Below, in pieces: positions 30,627-40,970 of a DNA stretch of 64,000 bases. Positions within the stretch are counted from its first letter, which is position 1. The number at the start of each line of letters is the position of its first letter. The stretch comes from a virus. Made by a program: the position numbers and the translations under genes. A model generated the notes under the pieces. That model ran no database searches, had not been told where the DNA came from, and was given only the letters and a program-made list of their open reading frames with translations. The DNA is taken from the IMG/VR virus record IMGVR_UViG_3300020201_000015, positions 1 to 64,000 of that record; one strand, given 5' to 3'.

Positions 30627-31049
30627 CAGTCCACCTTCTCACGGTGCAGCTCGACGCCGTTGCGGACGACGGTGGATCCGGCGCCGTAGACGTCCCGGGA
30701 AAACCGGCAGGCGTCGGCGAGGCACAGGCAGGCAGGCTCCGCGACAGCTTTCGACGCGCAGCCATCGCAGCCGAACGCCGCTGTGAGCTGGCGGCGACCG
30801 GTGCCCAGGGTGACCTGGTAGGCCGACGAGTTGGCGAGGTAGTGCGAGCGGTGGCTCACGGGACCTCGTTCAAGTCGGCGGCGACCATCCATGCGCCGGG
30901 TATCAGCTCGAGCGAGTAGGGCAGCCGGTACGGCGCCGGCAGGTCGGTCACCATGTGCGGGATGGCTGCGTCGGCGTCGCGGATCGCGGGGCCGGGGGCG
31001 CCGGTCATGGCGTAGGAGGCGCTGGGGATGCGGCGGCGGGATGTTCTGG

Positions 31050-32063
31050 TCATGAGACGTCTTTCGTTTTGCGGGTGAGATAGCCCTCGCCAACGTGCTT
31101 GAGCACGACGCGCGAGTCGGGCAGCCGCGCGTGGAAGCGCTCGCGCTCCGGGCGCACCACGAAGCCTTCGCGCACGTGTGATCCGCCGAGAACGGCATGA
31201 CCCTCTGCGAGCGCGAGGCAGTCGAGCGACCAGGGGCCCCGATAGAGGGTGGGCGGCGTTGAGAGACCCAGCCGATCCGCTAGCCCGAACACGTCGACCG
31301 CGTCGAGCCATCGTCTGGCCAGGGCGTCGTACGCGTCGAAGATAACGAGCGCGGGGGTAGCCGCGCCATATGCCAGGTCCTGGATCTTGGCCCCGTAGAT
31401 CTCGCCGTAGATGACGATGCCAGGCTCGGCAGCTAGGCGCTCGGCGAGTCCGAGAGATCGCGCCAACTTCGACCACGTCGACTCGCCATCCCGTTCCTTG
31501 ACGACCGTGCGGGACCCGACCCATAGGCCCGCGTCCACGCCATCTGGCCAGAAACAGAACCGCGCGTTACTGCCGTGGATCTTCTCGGTGATGATGACCG
31601 GCTCGCCCACATCAAGCGCGCGAGGGTGACGCCGATAGCCCTCGACGTCGGTGAACTTGGGGAAGCGAAACGTCGTCGGCCCCGGCACCGTCGGTTCGCG
31701 CGGCGCGTTGGGCCCATGGCCAGGTTCCGGCGGCTCGTACTTGGTCAGACCGTAGCTGTCGACGACGCTCTCGCCCTCCACAAGAGAAGCCGGCGCATCG
31801 ACGAGCAGCCCCATCGAGAACACTCCGCGCAGTCGCTTGGCCTTGAGGCGTCTGCGGTCGGCCGGCTGAAGGAATCCGAAGCACTGCAGATCGGGGAGCG
31901 TCGAGTCGACGGGGATGTAGGCGACCAGATCGCCGGCCTTGTACTGGCCCTTGCGGATGATGACAGGTGTCGTGCCGTAGACGATCGCGATCTCCAACGA
32001 GTCGGCGTTGTCGTGAGTGCGCACCTCGGTGATGCGCACGACCTCGGGATGCCAGTCGCTCAT
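31050..32063 (-). CDS. ATP-dependent RNA ligase (DRB0094/Rnl5-like, N-terminal OB fold)
   Basis: H.NAD.LE, TEKIHGSN, YGEIYG..IQ, IFD, REGFVV, LK nucleotidyltransferase motifs. Confidence 0.9.
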   Translation of the reverse strand: MSDWHPEVVRITEVRTHDNADSLEIAIVYGTTPVIIRKGQYKAGDLVAYIPVDSTLPDLQCFGFLQPADRRRLKAKRLRGVFSMGLLVDAPASLVEGESVVDSYGLTKYEPPEPGHGPNAPREPTVPGPTTFRFPKFTDVEGYRRHPRALDVGEPVIITEKIHGSNARFCFWPDGVDAGLWVGSRTVVKERDGESTWSKLARSLGLAERLAAEPGIVIYGEIYGAKIQDLAYGAATPALVIFDAYDALARRWLDAVDVFGLADRLGLSTPPTLYRGPWSLDCLALAEGHAVLGGSHVREGFVVRPERERFHARLPDSRVVLKHVGEGYLTRKTKDVS

Positions 32064-32198
32064 GAGGAGGCGCTCGCGCTGAACGGTTGCTGGGGGATGC
32101 GGCGGCGGGATGATCTGGTCATGGGTTTTCCTTCGCAGATGCCGTGGTGGCCCAGAGCACTGCGCGCCGGCAGATGCCGGCGCGCAGTGCTCATGAGG

Positions 32199-32987
32199 TC
32201 AGGCCGCGATCGGCTCCTCCGTGAACTTCCCCGGAGGAGGGAGAAGGTTGCGCTTCCGGCGCTCGTTGTAGATCTCGCGAATAGCAAGGCAGGACGCCAG
32301 CCTTGTCTTGCAGTCGAGCTGGGCCATCGCGCACCGGATGCGCGCCATGACTCGGCTAGGCGCGTACGACCTCAGCTTGGACGCAAGCTCGGTGCGTGAG
32401 ACGTCCGGATACTCGGACAGGAAGAACGACACGGCGCGGATGATCTGCTTCTCGAAGCTCGCCGGCTCACCGTCGGCCCAATCCTTGATGACCTCCAGCG
32501 TCTCGCGCAGGTTGCCGCGGTGGTACACGCAGTCGAGCGCCTGCACAGCACAGATGGCATTCTTTGCCGATGTCTTCTGGAACTTGAGAGCCAAGCTGGT
32601 CAGGACGACCACGATGGCCACGGCAACAGGCTCTCCAGAGACCAGCCGAGCGCGGAACTTGTCGTAGGCGCGCACCGCACTGCGGCCGCTGTTGAGGCGG
32701 AGAAACATCTCCGCTTCCTCTTGAATGCTCAGGCCGTCGTAGACCTCGCACATGAAGGCGGTGTTGCCGAGCCCGGCGATGATTGCAGCGCCGAACCTGT
32801 GCTGACCGTCCAGCCGCACCATGCGGCCGTCTTCGCGACGAGAGATGACCGGTACGCCGATCAGTGAAAGGTCAAACGCCTCGGCCATGGCCGCGCTTCT
32901 GGGCTCGTCAAACTCTCGCTGATACCGCTCGTCGACCGACGTATCGCAGGGCTTGACCTTGATGAACTGGGACTTGTTCTTCTTCAT
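32199..32987 (-). CDS. ParB-like (DUF6551-like) protein
   Basis: VDERYQR, DGQHR, EEAEMF..LN. Confidence 0.8.
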   Translation of the reverse strand: MKKNKSQFIKVKPCDTSVDERYQREFDEPRSAAMAEAFDLSLIGVPVISRREDGRMVRLDGQHRFGAAIIAGLGNTAFMCEVYDGLSIQEEAEMFLRLNSGRSAVRAYDKFRARLVSGEPVAVAIVVVLTSLALKFQKTSAKNAICAVQALDCVYHRGNLRETLEVIKDWADGEPASFEKQIIRAVSFFLSEYPDVSRTELASKLRSYAPSRVMARIRCAMAQLDCKTRLASCLAIREIYNERRKRNLLPPPGKFTEEPIAA

Positions 32988-32993
32988 GTTCCG

Positions 32994-33995
32994 TTACTCC
33001 TGATTGGCTTCTTTATTCAGCCGTTGGGAGAATGTGCGCACAGCGCGCACAAGTTCTTGTAGCCGCGTCGTGAGGTCGAGCCTCTGCTCGTCGCTGGCTG
33101 TCGACCATTGCGTTTTGAACGCGCTGGTCATCATCTGGAATGACTCGGTGGACTCTGTCGCAAAGTCGAGCGGACCTTGAAGCGGCGAGACTTGCAGAAG
33201 GCCAAGCCGCCTCTTGGCGTAGTGAACCTGATTCGACGGCACGCCGAGCTGACGAGCGATGTCGCTGGCCGGATGTCCCTCCTTCGTCAGCTTCACGACC
33301 TTGGCGTCGAACTCTATGTCTTCGGGCGACTGCTTCGTCGGCCGCGTTACCTGCGGCGAGGAAGGCGGCGGCGCAACCGGCGACTTGGTCGGCTTGACCT
33401 TGTCGCGTGGCTCCTCGACTCCAGCCGCGCGCTTGGCTTCGGCGACCGTCTTGAACTCGCCAGCGAGCGCGCGAGCGTAGACCTCGGGCGAGGCCGCGAG
33501 GACCTTGCCCATCGAGTAGGTGGCATCGCGGCCCGCTCCAACGGCATCGGCCGCCTGCGCGACTGCGCGGGAGATGCGCGGGTTCGAGGTGGTGGCAGAG
33601 CGGGTTGTACTGGACACGTACAACCCGCTCTTGTCGCCGCCACCCGCGGCCATCCTCGCCTTCGCCTCCGCTCGAAACCCGTCCAGGATGGCGGGCGACT
33701 GCGCAAGAGCGGCAAGCTGCACCGGCGTCATGTGCCGTCGGTGCTGGTTCGCTGAGAGCACGAAGGCTGTCGGCGAGTCGCAATCGGATAGCGTGCGCAG
33801 CTTGGGCGACACGCCCGCGATGCCGCATGCGGCGAAGCGATTGCGACCGTCCAGCAGAAGGCCGTCGAAGATGACGATCGGCTCATTCTGCCCGTGAGCC
33901 TTGATGTCGGCAGCGAGGGCAGCAAGCTTCGCGTCGTCCATCATCGGGAACGCGAGCGCAGCCGGATGCGCCTCCAATGGAGCCGAAACCGTCAC
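32994..33995 (-). CDS. ParB N-terminal domain protein with C-terminal HTH
   Basis: HP.A..FP, DIK.HGQ.EPI, LLDGRNR..AC, SAN.HRRHMT. Confidence 0.8.
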   Translation of the reverse strand: MTVSAPLEAHPAALAFPMMDDAKLAALAADIKAHGQNEPIVIFDGLLLDGRNRFAACGIAGVSPKLRTLSDCDSPTAFVLSANQHRRHMTPVQLAALAQSPAILDGFRAEAKARMAAGGGDKSGLYVSSTTRSATTSNPRISRAVAQAADAVGAGRDATYSMGKVLAASPEVYARALAGEFKTVAEAKRAAGVEEPRDKVKPTKSPVAPPPSSPQVTRPTKQSPEDIEFDAKVVKLTKEGHPASDIARQLGVPSNQVHYAKRRLGLLQVSPLQGPLDFATESTESFQMMTSAFKTQWSTASDEQRLDLTTRLQELVRAVRTFSQRLNKEANQE

Positions 33996-34613
33996 TTGCC
34001 CACCTGCTCGGCCTGAACAGGCGCCCGACGACAATCGTCTTCGGCCTGCGCGCCCGGGGAGTGTTTTTCAATAATGGTCATTGCTAGCCTCGTTGGAATG
34101 TCACCGCAGCTGTCGCGCAGCTCAGCAGCCTCGCGCGAGACCTGGAAGTTGCGCAGGCGCAGGTGCTGGTTGTCGGCGCGCAAGGCGACCACCTCGTCGC
34201 GCAGGTCGGCGAGCTCGCGGCGCGCATCGTCGCGGGCGGCGCACGCGGCGATGAGGGCCCGGCCTGTCTGGTGGCGGGCGACATCCAACACGGCGACGCG
34301 CTCGCGAGCCGACCAGACGAGCATGCCGAGGGCTACGACCGCGACAGCTAGGAGGACGATTGCGACGATCATGGCTGACCTGCTTCGAGCTTGGCCAAGG
34401 ATCGGAGCATCTCGTCGGCGTACAGTCGGATGAGAAACGGGACGCTGCGCTCAGCCGCAGCCTTCGCCATCTCCGGGTCCTGCGTGTCGAGTCGATCTGT
34501 GATGCCGGCCGCGTTGCAGCTCATCGTGTAGCCGATCGGGTTCTTCGTCAGATTCACGCGGATGGGCCCAGCGGACGCGAGAAAGCCATCTTGGGCAGGA
34601 CGCCAGTCGAACA

Positions 34614-35339
34614 TCACGCCACCCTTCCGCCCTTGAAGAGCTTCAGTTGACCATTGCGCTCGGCGCGCTTCGCGGCGGCGAGAAGGCGCTCCTCACGGGG
34701 CGACAGGAGACTGTGATGGTTGTTCTCGATCGCCTCGAGCGACTCGATCGTCTTGGCCAGCAGGTGCATCGACACGGCCCACGGCGTGGACGCAGTGCGA
34801 ATCTTGCGGACGTAGCCGATGACCTTCGCCTTCGAGTAGCCGCGGGCGTCGCAGACTCGGCGGATCGCCTGGCGAAGCTCGGCCATTGCGGCAGGGTCGT
34901 CGCCTATGCGCGCGGACGAGACGATGGTCTCGTCGAGTTGGGGTCGCTGGGCGCGGACGGCTTCGAGTTCGCCGCGGCGAAGCGACAGGAACAGCTTGAT
35001 GAGCGAGACGCGCAAGGCGCTCGCTTGCGCGGTGCGCATCAGTGCCACGAGGTTGTAGGCCTGACCCTCGTTGAGCATGGGCTCCACGATGATGTCCTCG
35101 CGGAACTTGGTGGACCCCGGGATTTCGGTGCGCGATACCGTCTCGCGCACGCTAATCGCGCCGTGCGACTCCAGTTCCGCGCGGTTGCGGTCGATGAGCG
35201 GCTTGACGTCGCGCGCGCGAAGCATGCCGCCGCGAGTCGCCACCTGGAAGGCGCCAATGCGGCGCTCGCTGTCGATGGTCTCAACGGTCCAGCCGTCGAC
35301 CCGAACGATCTCCGCCCCGCCATTGCCGGCGGCGGTCAT
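34614..35339 (-). CDS. Antirepressor-like DNA-binding protein
   Basis: R.RD...LI.RN..EL, LNE.QA......RT..A...R..LI. Confidence 0.6.
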   Translation of the reverse strand: MTAAGNGGAEIVRVDGWTVETIDSERRIGAFQVATRGGMLRARDVKPLIDRNRAELESHGAISVRETVSRTEIPGSTKFREDIIVEPMLNEGQAYNLVALMRTAQASALRVSLIKLFLSLRRGELEAVRAQRPQLDETIVSSARIGDDPAAMAELRQAIRRVCDARGYSKAKVIGYVRKIRTASTPWAVSMHLLAKTIESLEAIENNHHSLLSPREERLLAAAKRAERNGQLKLFKGGRVA

Positions 35340-35647
35340 GCGACCTCGCTGGGATTGGTCCCGGACTTGGCGACGGCCCATCGTTCCTTTGCCTGCGTGA
35401 TCGTAGGCTCAGCGAGCGAAGCGACCGCGTCGACGGCCAGGTCCCCGGCGATGTATGAGTCGAGCAGCGCCGTCGGGATGCCGATGCCCTTCGCGAACCG
35501 CAACCGAGCATCGTGCCCGCTCAGGCGGCGCCGCCCCCTTTCAAGGTGCACCACGTCCACCCGCGTGGACTGGATCAGCAGTCCCAGCTCCTCCTGTGTG
35601 AGCTTCAGCTGCTTGCGCAGCGCCCGGATTCGATCGGCGAGTTCCAT
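35336..35647 (-). CDS. XRE/Cro-like HTH regulator
   Basis: IRALRKQLKLTQEELG......V..LERG. Confidence 0.85.
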   Translation of the reverse strand: MELADRIRALRKQLKLTQEELGLLIQSTRVDVVHLERGRRRLSGHDARLRFAKGIGIPTALLDSYIAGDLAVDAVASLAEPTITQAKERWAVAKSGTNPSEVA

Positions 35648-35655
35648 CGACGATC

Positions 35656-35693
35656 ACGATGCGCCTTCGCGCCACACGTGTCAAGCGCGCACG
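35656..35693 (-). promoter_or_regulatory. Leftward sigma70-like promoter
   Basis: TTGACA-N17-CATCGT just before the XRE ATG; shares CGTGCGCNCTTGACACGTGTG with 36411-36431. Confidence 0.6.
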
Positions 35694-36335
35694 TCATCGA
35701 TCGCAACAAAACCCGTTCGGGACGGCGGTGTCGCGGCAGTTCGCCGGCGTGACTTCGTAGTCGTAGCACTGCATCGGCGTCTCAATGGAGCAGTCGCACG
35801 ACGGGTAGGTGTTGCCGCTGAGCGGGGCGCAGTCTGACTCGCAGCACCACGTAGGCCAGCCGTTCCCGTTGACCTGGACGCCCTCGAAGCAGTCGACGTA
35901 CGGCGCGTCGAGGCAGGAATACGCGTACCGATCGGGGTCGCCGCACAGCGATGCACCGGCCTTGGCGGAGTCGGAAAACAGGACGCACACCTGAGCGGCC
36001 GCGCACTCGGCGACGATGCCGCCCGACGTCGACGATGCCGCGCTTGACGCAGTAGCCGCCGCGCTGGGGGCTGAGGCCGAACTGGACACCGAAGCCGTGG
36101 CGTCGTTCCCGCCAGACCCGACGACGTGCCCGGATGCAGACGATGAGACGGAGTCGGCGGTCGTGCCGCCTCCGCCCTCGCCCAGTCCGCCATCGCCTCC
36201 GGCAGACGCAGCCGCATCGTCTCCAGATCCGGATCCACCATGGCCGAACGCAAACGGCGCCGCCGGGTCATTGTTGATGCAAGCGACGAGGAGAAAGGCG
36301 ACGATGGGGAGGGCGGGCGAATGGATGTGGCGCAT
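35694..36335 (-). CDS. Cys-rich lipoprotein, myxobacterial style
   Basis: Hydrophobic signal with LVAC lipobox, Gly/Ser linker, Cys-rich C-terminal domain. Confidence 0.7.
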   Translation of the reverse strand: MRHIHSPALPIVAFLLVACINNDPAAPFAFGHGGSGSGDDAAASAGGDGGLGEGGGGTTADSVSSSASGHVVGSGGNDATASVSSSASAPSAAATASSAASSTSGGIVAECAAAQVCVLFSDSAKAGASLCGDPDRYAYSCLDAPYVDCFEGVQVNGNGWPTWCCESDCAPLSGNTYPSCDCSIETPMQCYDYEVTPANCRDTAVPNGFCCDR

Positions 36336-36410
36336 GGAAACAGGGTACGGCCGGCTCGTGGCTTTCTAGCTCCGCGAACACGAAAGGAGCGCGCCTCGGT
36401 CGATATTACG

Positions 36411-36448
36411 CGTGCGCCCTTGACACGTGTGCCGGTCGCACGCACTGT
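36411..36448 (+). promoter_or_regulatory. Rightward sigma70-like promoter
   Basis: TTGACA-N17-CACTGT; inverted copy of the 35.67 kb element. Confidence 0.5.
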
Positions 36449-36520
36449 CCCCTCGTGCTCAACAACACCACCCCCGCAGCCGCCGCCCCGCCTAGCCGCC
36501 TTATTTGGGGCACCTGCAAA

Positions 36521-36600
36521 TAGTTCTTGCACTGGGCACGTACCGGGTGCATACTCCTCTTGCCACCGAGAGACACGGACCCCCAAAGGACACCGACCCC
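36521..36600 (+). promoter_or_regulatory. Repeated promoter and leader, copy 1
   Basis: TTGCAC(36527)-N17-CATACT-CCTCTTGCCACC..GACACGGACC..AAGGAC..ATG. Confidence 0.8.
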
Positions 36601-36888
36601 ATGACCACCTCGAAGATCGTCACCTTCACCCAGGCCGCCGCTATCCGCGCCATTCGCCTCCGTCGGGCTCGTCTGCTTGCGAGGGTCGACGCCGCTCACG
36701 TCGATCGCAACATTGAGATCGTAGTCTTCGGCGTACGCGCCGTCGTCGACATCGGCGTCGACACGATCCGGGTCTGGGACGCCGTCGCCGAGGACTACGT
36801 CCTCGACATCTCCGGGGCGGTCAGCGCCTGGGCGCGACCGCGCATCCTCGAAGCGGCGCGCCGAGAAGCGGCGCGCCGAGCCTCCTGA
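36601..36888 (+). CDS. Small early protein
   Basis: ATG directly after the repeated leader and RBS. Confidence 0.65.
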   Translation: MTTSKIVTFTQAAAIRAIRLRRARLLARVDAAHVDRNIEIVVFGVRAVVDIGVDTIRVWDAVAEDYVLDISGAVSAWARPRILEAARREAARRAS

Positions 36889-37037
36889 GCCTCGTGAGCG
36901 CCCGTCGCGACGCCGTGGCCACCGTGCGCGGGGTCACGTGGACGCCACCTCCCGCGCCGGTGGCGCTGCCGCGGTATCCCGCAGCCCCGCCATCTGACGA
37001 CCGACCCACCTGCCGCCCACCCATCAGGAGCATCGCA

Positions 37038-37565
37038 ATGACCACCGACGCCGACCTCGCCATCGCTTGGAGCACACTGTCGACGACGCTCCGCGCCTGG
37101 CGCCGCGAGCAGATCCTTGAGGCGGCTGTCGCCTTCGTCAACGCCGACCCGGCGACTGCGCTGCATGCCGTCGACATGGGCGACATGATGATGGCGGACG
37201 AACTCGCCGGCGAGCTACTCGGCGGCTACCCCGACCGCGCCACGCGGCACGCCATCGGGGCCGCCGTGCGCTACGAGGCCCGGCGACAGGCCGAGGTGGC
37301 ACTCGCCGACGACGAGCACCCGCTTGCGTGGGGCATGGCTCACCGGGCGCTCGAGCGGGCGATCGCAACCGACGACGAGGCGATCGCGACATGCGACGAG
37401 TGCCATGGCGCCGCGAAGGGGTGCGGCTGCTACGGCGGCCTGATGACGGACGAGGTGACGGCGCTGGCGCTACGCCTCCGCGACGCCGCCATTGCGGCTG
37501 CGTGGTCGGCGCAGACCGACGAGACCGGAGCCGCGAAGACGGCAGAGAGCGAGGCTGCAGCGTGA
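37038..37565 (+). CDS. Hypothetical early protein
   Basis: AGGAG RBS; CxxC...CGC. Confidence 0.55.
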   Translation: MTTDADLAIAWSTLSTTLRAWRREQILEAAVAFVNADPATALHAVDMGDMMMADELAGELLGGYPDRATRHAIGAAVRYEARRQAEVALADDEHPLAWGMAHRALERAIATDDEAIATCDECHGAAKGCGCYGGLMTDEVTALALRLRDAAIAAAWSAQTDETGAAKTAESEAAA

Positions 37566-37885
37566 GTGACTACGATTACCGCTACCGCGGAGGCGCCACG
37601 TTGGGCGTCATCGATCGGCTGACTGCCGATCTCAACGACGCGAGGCGCGAGGTCGCTCGCCTGCGCCGCATCATCGAAGACCCCGACATCATGGATCGCG
37701 CGGACCGGTCCTACTCGCGCTTCTATGGCGAGGCTGTCGATCTGCGCAAGGCGGCGAGCGACGTCCGTCGCTCGGACACGCTCGAAGCCTATCGACTCCT
37801 GCGCCTCTCCCGCCGATACCAGCGCGCAGCGGATCGGTGCGAGCGTATCGCAACCGGAGAGCCCGCGTTCCAGGTGTCGACGTGA
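37562..37885 (+). CDS. GEPAF-family member on the opposite arm
   Basis: RRYQRAADRCERIATGEPAFQV. Confidence 0.5.
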   Translation: MSDYDYRYRGGATLGVIDRLTADLNDARREVARLRRIIEDPDIMDRADRSYSRFYGEAVDLRKAASDVRRSDTLEAYRLLRLSRRYQRAADRCERIATGEPAFQVST

Positions 37886-39247
37886 CTGCGCCGATCGGGC
37901 GGAGCATCGAGGAAACGCGCGACGCGTTCGTCGCCGAGACCAAGGTCAAGATCGATAACGTCACGATCTGCGCGGGCGCAGATGGCGTAGACGTCCAATT
38001 CCGCATCTGCGATGCGGACAAGGTCGCGCGCATTCTCGAGGGACTCGAGGCCGTCATCGAGCAGGCTGGCGGGCTGGACGACGCGACGACCGCCAGGGCT
38101 TGGCTCGCGAATGCCAGAAGCGGACGCGGACGCGTGGTGTCGCTTGAGGAGCGACTGCTGCGCAGCGTGGCGATCTTCGATGCGGCAGCGAGCGACAAGG
38201 AGGGAACATGAATCACCACCACATACAAGACCAGCGGCAGCGTGCCAGGGGCCTTCAGTACGCGGTCCGCCAGCTGACCTATTGCGTCGGCCTGCTGAAG
38301 CGCCGGCGCGACCTGGCGCAAGTCGACCTCGACGAAATGGCCGCGAGGCTCAACGAGGCCAACGACGACCTTAGGGCGATCGAGGAGGGACGATCATGAG
38401 TGGAGTTCACGTAGGCGTACTGCGCCTGGATCAGGCCGACAGCGTCGAGCAGTGGGAGGCGCAGTTGGTCGCGGCGAAGGGCGGCGCGCTTGTGACCGCC
38501 GAGCAACGTGGCCGGCTGCAATCGCTCATCAGCGCCGCGTGTGCCGCGTCTCGGGCGCAGGGCGCGGCGTGGGTCGCCGAGGCATCTGGCATCGAGGTAC
38601 GCAGGGCCGATGCGGCTGCGCTCGATGCCTACGCAGCGGTGCTGCTCGCGATCGAGGCTCTGCCGTGACGGCCGCGCAGCGATGGGGCCCCACGCTGGCC
38701 GGCGACTTGATGGTCGGCAGCAGAATGATCGGAGCAAACTGTCGCATCGTCCGGGTGACCGGCATCACGTGGCATGGTTGCCACGTCCGGCTAGTCATGG
38801 ACTACCGAGGTGTCGCCTCGGAGACGATGCACGAGTCCGATGAGGTTTGGGCAACCTTGTCCGAGGAGACGGGAACATGAGCAACGCGATCACAGCGGCA
38901 CGAGAGCCGCTCACGGACGGAGGCGAGGTACTGCGTCGTGCGCTCGAAGACTCTGCGGCGCTGCGAAGGCTCATGGCCAAGTGGCAGGTGACCATCACGC
39001 TCGGCGGCAAGCTACGCGGCAAGCGCGGGCCGGCTTGGACGCCCGAGGCGTTCTGCGACCTGGCGATTGCGGCAATCGATCGGCAGATCGCAGCAGGGTC
39101 GAGGCTCGTTCACATGACGTGGGGCCGCGCAGGCGAGGCGACCGTGTGGGAGCCGGTCGAGGACAGCGACGGCGACGAGTGACGGGCGCTGATCGCCTAC
39201 GACGCGCGTCGTGGGCGATAGGGACCCAATCACTGGAGACTGACATC

Positions 39248-40222
39248 ATGGCATTCACGTTCAAGCGGGCCACGAAGGCCCAGGCAAAGCTGCGCCTCGC
39301 CGTCATCGGACCGAGCGGTGCGGGCAAGACATACTCCGCGTTGGCGATTGCGACGCACCTCGGGGAGCGCGTCGCCGTCATCGACACGGAGCGCGGCTCG
39401 GCGTCCAAGTACGCAGACAAGTTCGGCTTCGACGTGCTCGAGCTCGAGACGTTCGAGCCTGCGTCGTACGTGGATGCCATCCACGCCGCCGAAGAGGCCG
39501 GGTTCGACGTCATCGTCATCGACTCGCTTTCCCACGCGTGGATGGGCAAGGGCGGCGCACTCGAGATGGTCGACAACGCGCAGCGCCGGCAGCGCACCCC
39601 GAACAGCTTCACCGCGTGGCGCGACGTCACGCCCGAGCACAACAAGCTCGTGGAGGCGATCGTTACCTGCCGCGCGCACATCGTCGTGACGATGCGCGCA
39701 AAGACCGAGTACGTCCAAGAGAAGGACGAGCGCGGCAAGACGACCATTCGCAAGATCGGGCTGGCTCCCGTCCAGCGAGACGGCCTCGAGTACGAGTTCG
39801 ACGTGGTCTGTGACATCGACCTCGACAACGTCCTGGTGGTAAGCAAGACGCGCTGCACGGAGATGGCCGAGCGCACCTTCAAGAAGCCTGGCAAGGACGT
39901 GGCCGACGTGCTGCGTGCGTGGCTGTCAGACGGCACGGCGCCCGTCGAGCGAGCCAGGCCGCCGGCTGAGCGCCCCGCGCCGGTGGCAGAGATCGAGCGC
40001 CGCCATGACCCGGCCACCATGCCAGAGACTGGGCCGACGCCGATGTTCATCGCGATCGGCACGCAGATCGAGCAGGCCGAGCACGAGGAGGAGGTCGACG
40101 CGCTGATGAACGAGGCGCGCGAAGCCTTCCGGGGCCACCTGATGACCAAGGACCAGGGCAAGACGCTCGGGGACGTCGCGACCCGCCGCAAGGCCGCACT
40201 GCGCGGCGAGGCTGCGGCGTGA
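39248..40222 (+). CDS. AAA_24/Sak4-like P-loop ATPase (recombination)
   Basis: GPSGAGKT, IDTERGS, IVIDSLSHAW, QRDGLEYEFD. Confidence 0.85.
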   Translation: MAFTFKRATKAQAKLRLAVIGPSGAGKTYSALAIATHLGERVAVIDTERGSASKYADKFGFDVLELETFEPASYVDAIHAAEEAGFDVIVIDSLSHAWMGKGGALEMVDNAQRRQRTPNSFTAWRDVTPEHNKLVEAIVTCRAHIVVTMRAKTEYVQEKDERGKTTIRKIGLAPVQRDGLEYEFDVVCDIDLDNVLVVSKTRCTEMAERTFKKPGKDVADVLRAWLSDGTAPVERARPPAERPAPVAEIERRHDPATMPETGPTPMFIAIGTQIEQAEHEEEVDALMNEAREAFRGHLMTKDQGKTLGDVATRRKAALRGEAAA

Positions 40223-40617
40223 CGCCCGAGCAGTTTCGTGACTTGGCGATTGCGGCAATCGAGCGGCAGATCGCCGCGGGGATTGGTCTCATCCGGCGAG
40301 ACTGGGGCACCATCTTGAACGACGACGCATCGCTACCAGTGCTGTCATGTGGCTGCGCGGTCACCCTGACCGTGCAGGACACCGACCCAGCGGCAGCGCG
40401 ATCGCTCGTGCTAACCGAAGGCGATAGCTCCGTCGTCGCAGCCGGCGCGCTCGGCCTGACACCAGGTCAGGTGGATCTTTTCATCATCGGCTTCGAGGCA
40501 TTTGGCCAAGAAGCATTTGGTTCAGCCGACGACGACCCGTGCCTTCACGCCAACGCGTGGCGCAAAGCCGGCGCGGTCGTCGCCAAGCGGTTCGCTGCTC
40601 AGTTGAGCGAGCCATGA
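40219..40617 (+). CDS. MTPE-family paralog 1
   Basis: MTPEQFRDLAIAAIERQIAAG...CGCA. Confidence 0.7.
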   Translation: MTPEQFRDLAIAAIERQIAAGIGLIRRDWGTILNDDASLPVLSCGCAVTLTVQDTDPAAARSLVLTEGDSSVVAAGALGLTPGQVDLFIIGFEAFGQEAFGSADDDPCLHANAWRKAGAVVAKRFAAQLSEP

Positions 40618-40970
40618 CGCCCGAGGCGTTTCGGGACGTCGCCATCGCCGCAATCGAGCGGCAGATCGCGGCAGGGTCGAGGCTCATTCACATGGCGTGG
40701 GGCCGCGCAGGTGACCCAGGTTGCCCGGTGGAGTGCGGGTGCGCGCTGACGCTGGTCGCGCAGGACATGGATCCGGATCGGGCGCGCGCGATGGTCGCCG
40801 GCACGTTGTCGGACTGCGCGGTCATCCAGCTATCAGCGGATGCCATTGGCCTGTCGTGGGACCAGGCGAATTGTTTTATGGATGGGTTTGATAACGACGC
40901 GTACCCAAACATGGGCGTATGGTACGCGGCAGGCGTCGCCATTGCCTGGCGGTTCAAGGGTGCGTCATGA
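40614..40970 (+). CDS. MTPE-family paralog 2
   Basis: Same N-terminus, CGCA, F..GFD. Confidence 0.7.
   Translation: MTPEAFRDVAIAAIERQIAAGSRLIHMAWGRAGDPGCPVECGCALTLVAQDMDPDRARAMVAGTLSDCAVIQLSADAIGLSWDQANCFMDGFDNDAYPNMGVWYAAGVAIAWRFKGAS

Noticed and set aside
36460-36500. Short-period GGY-type repeat RNA array
   Set aside because: Only a few irregular units; too short to separate from GC-rich low complexity
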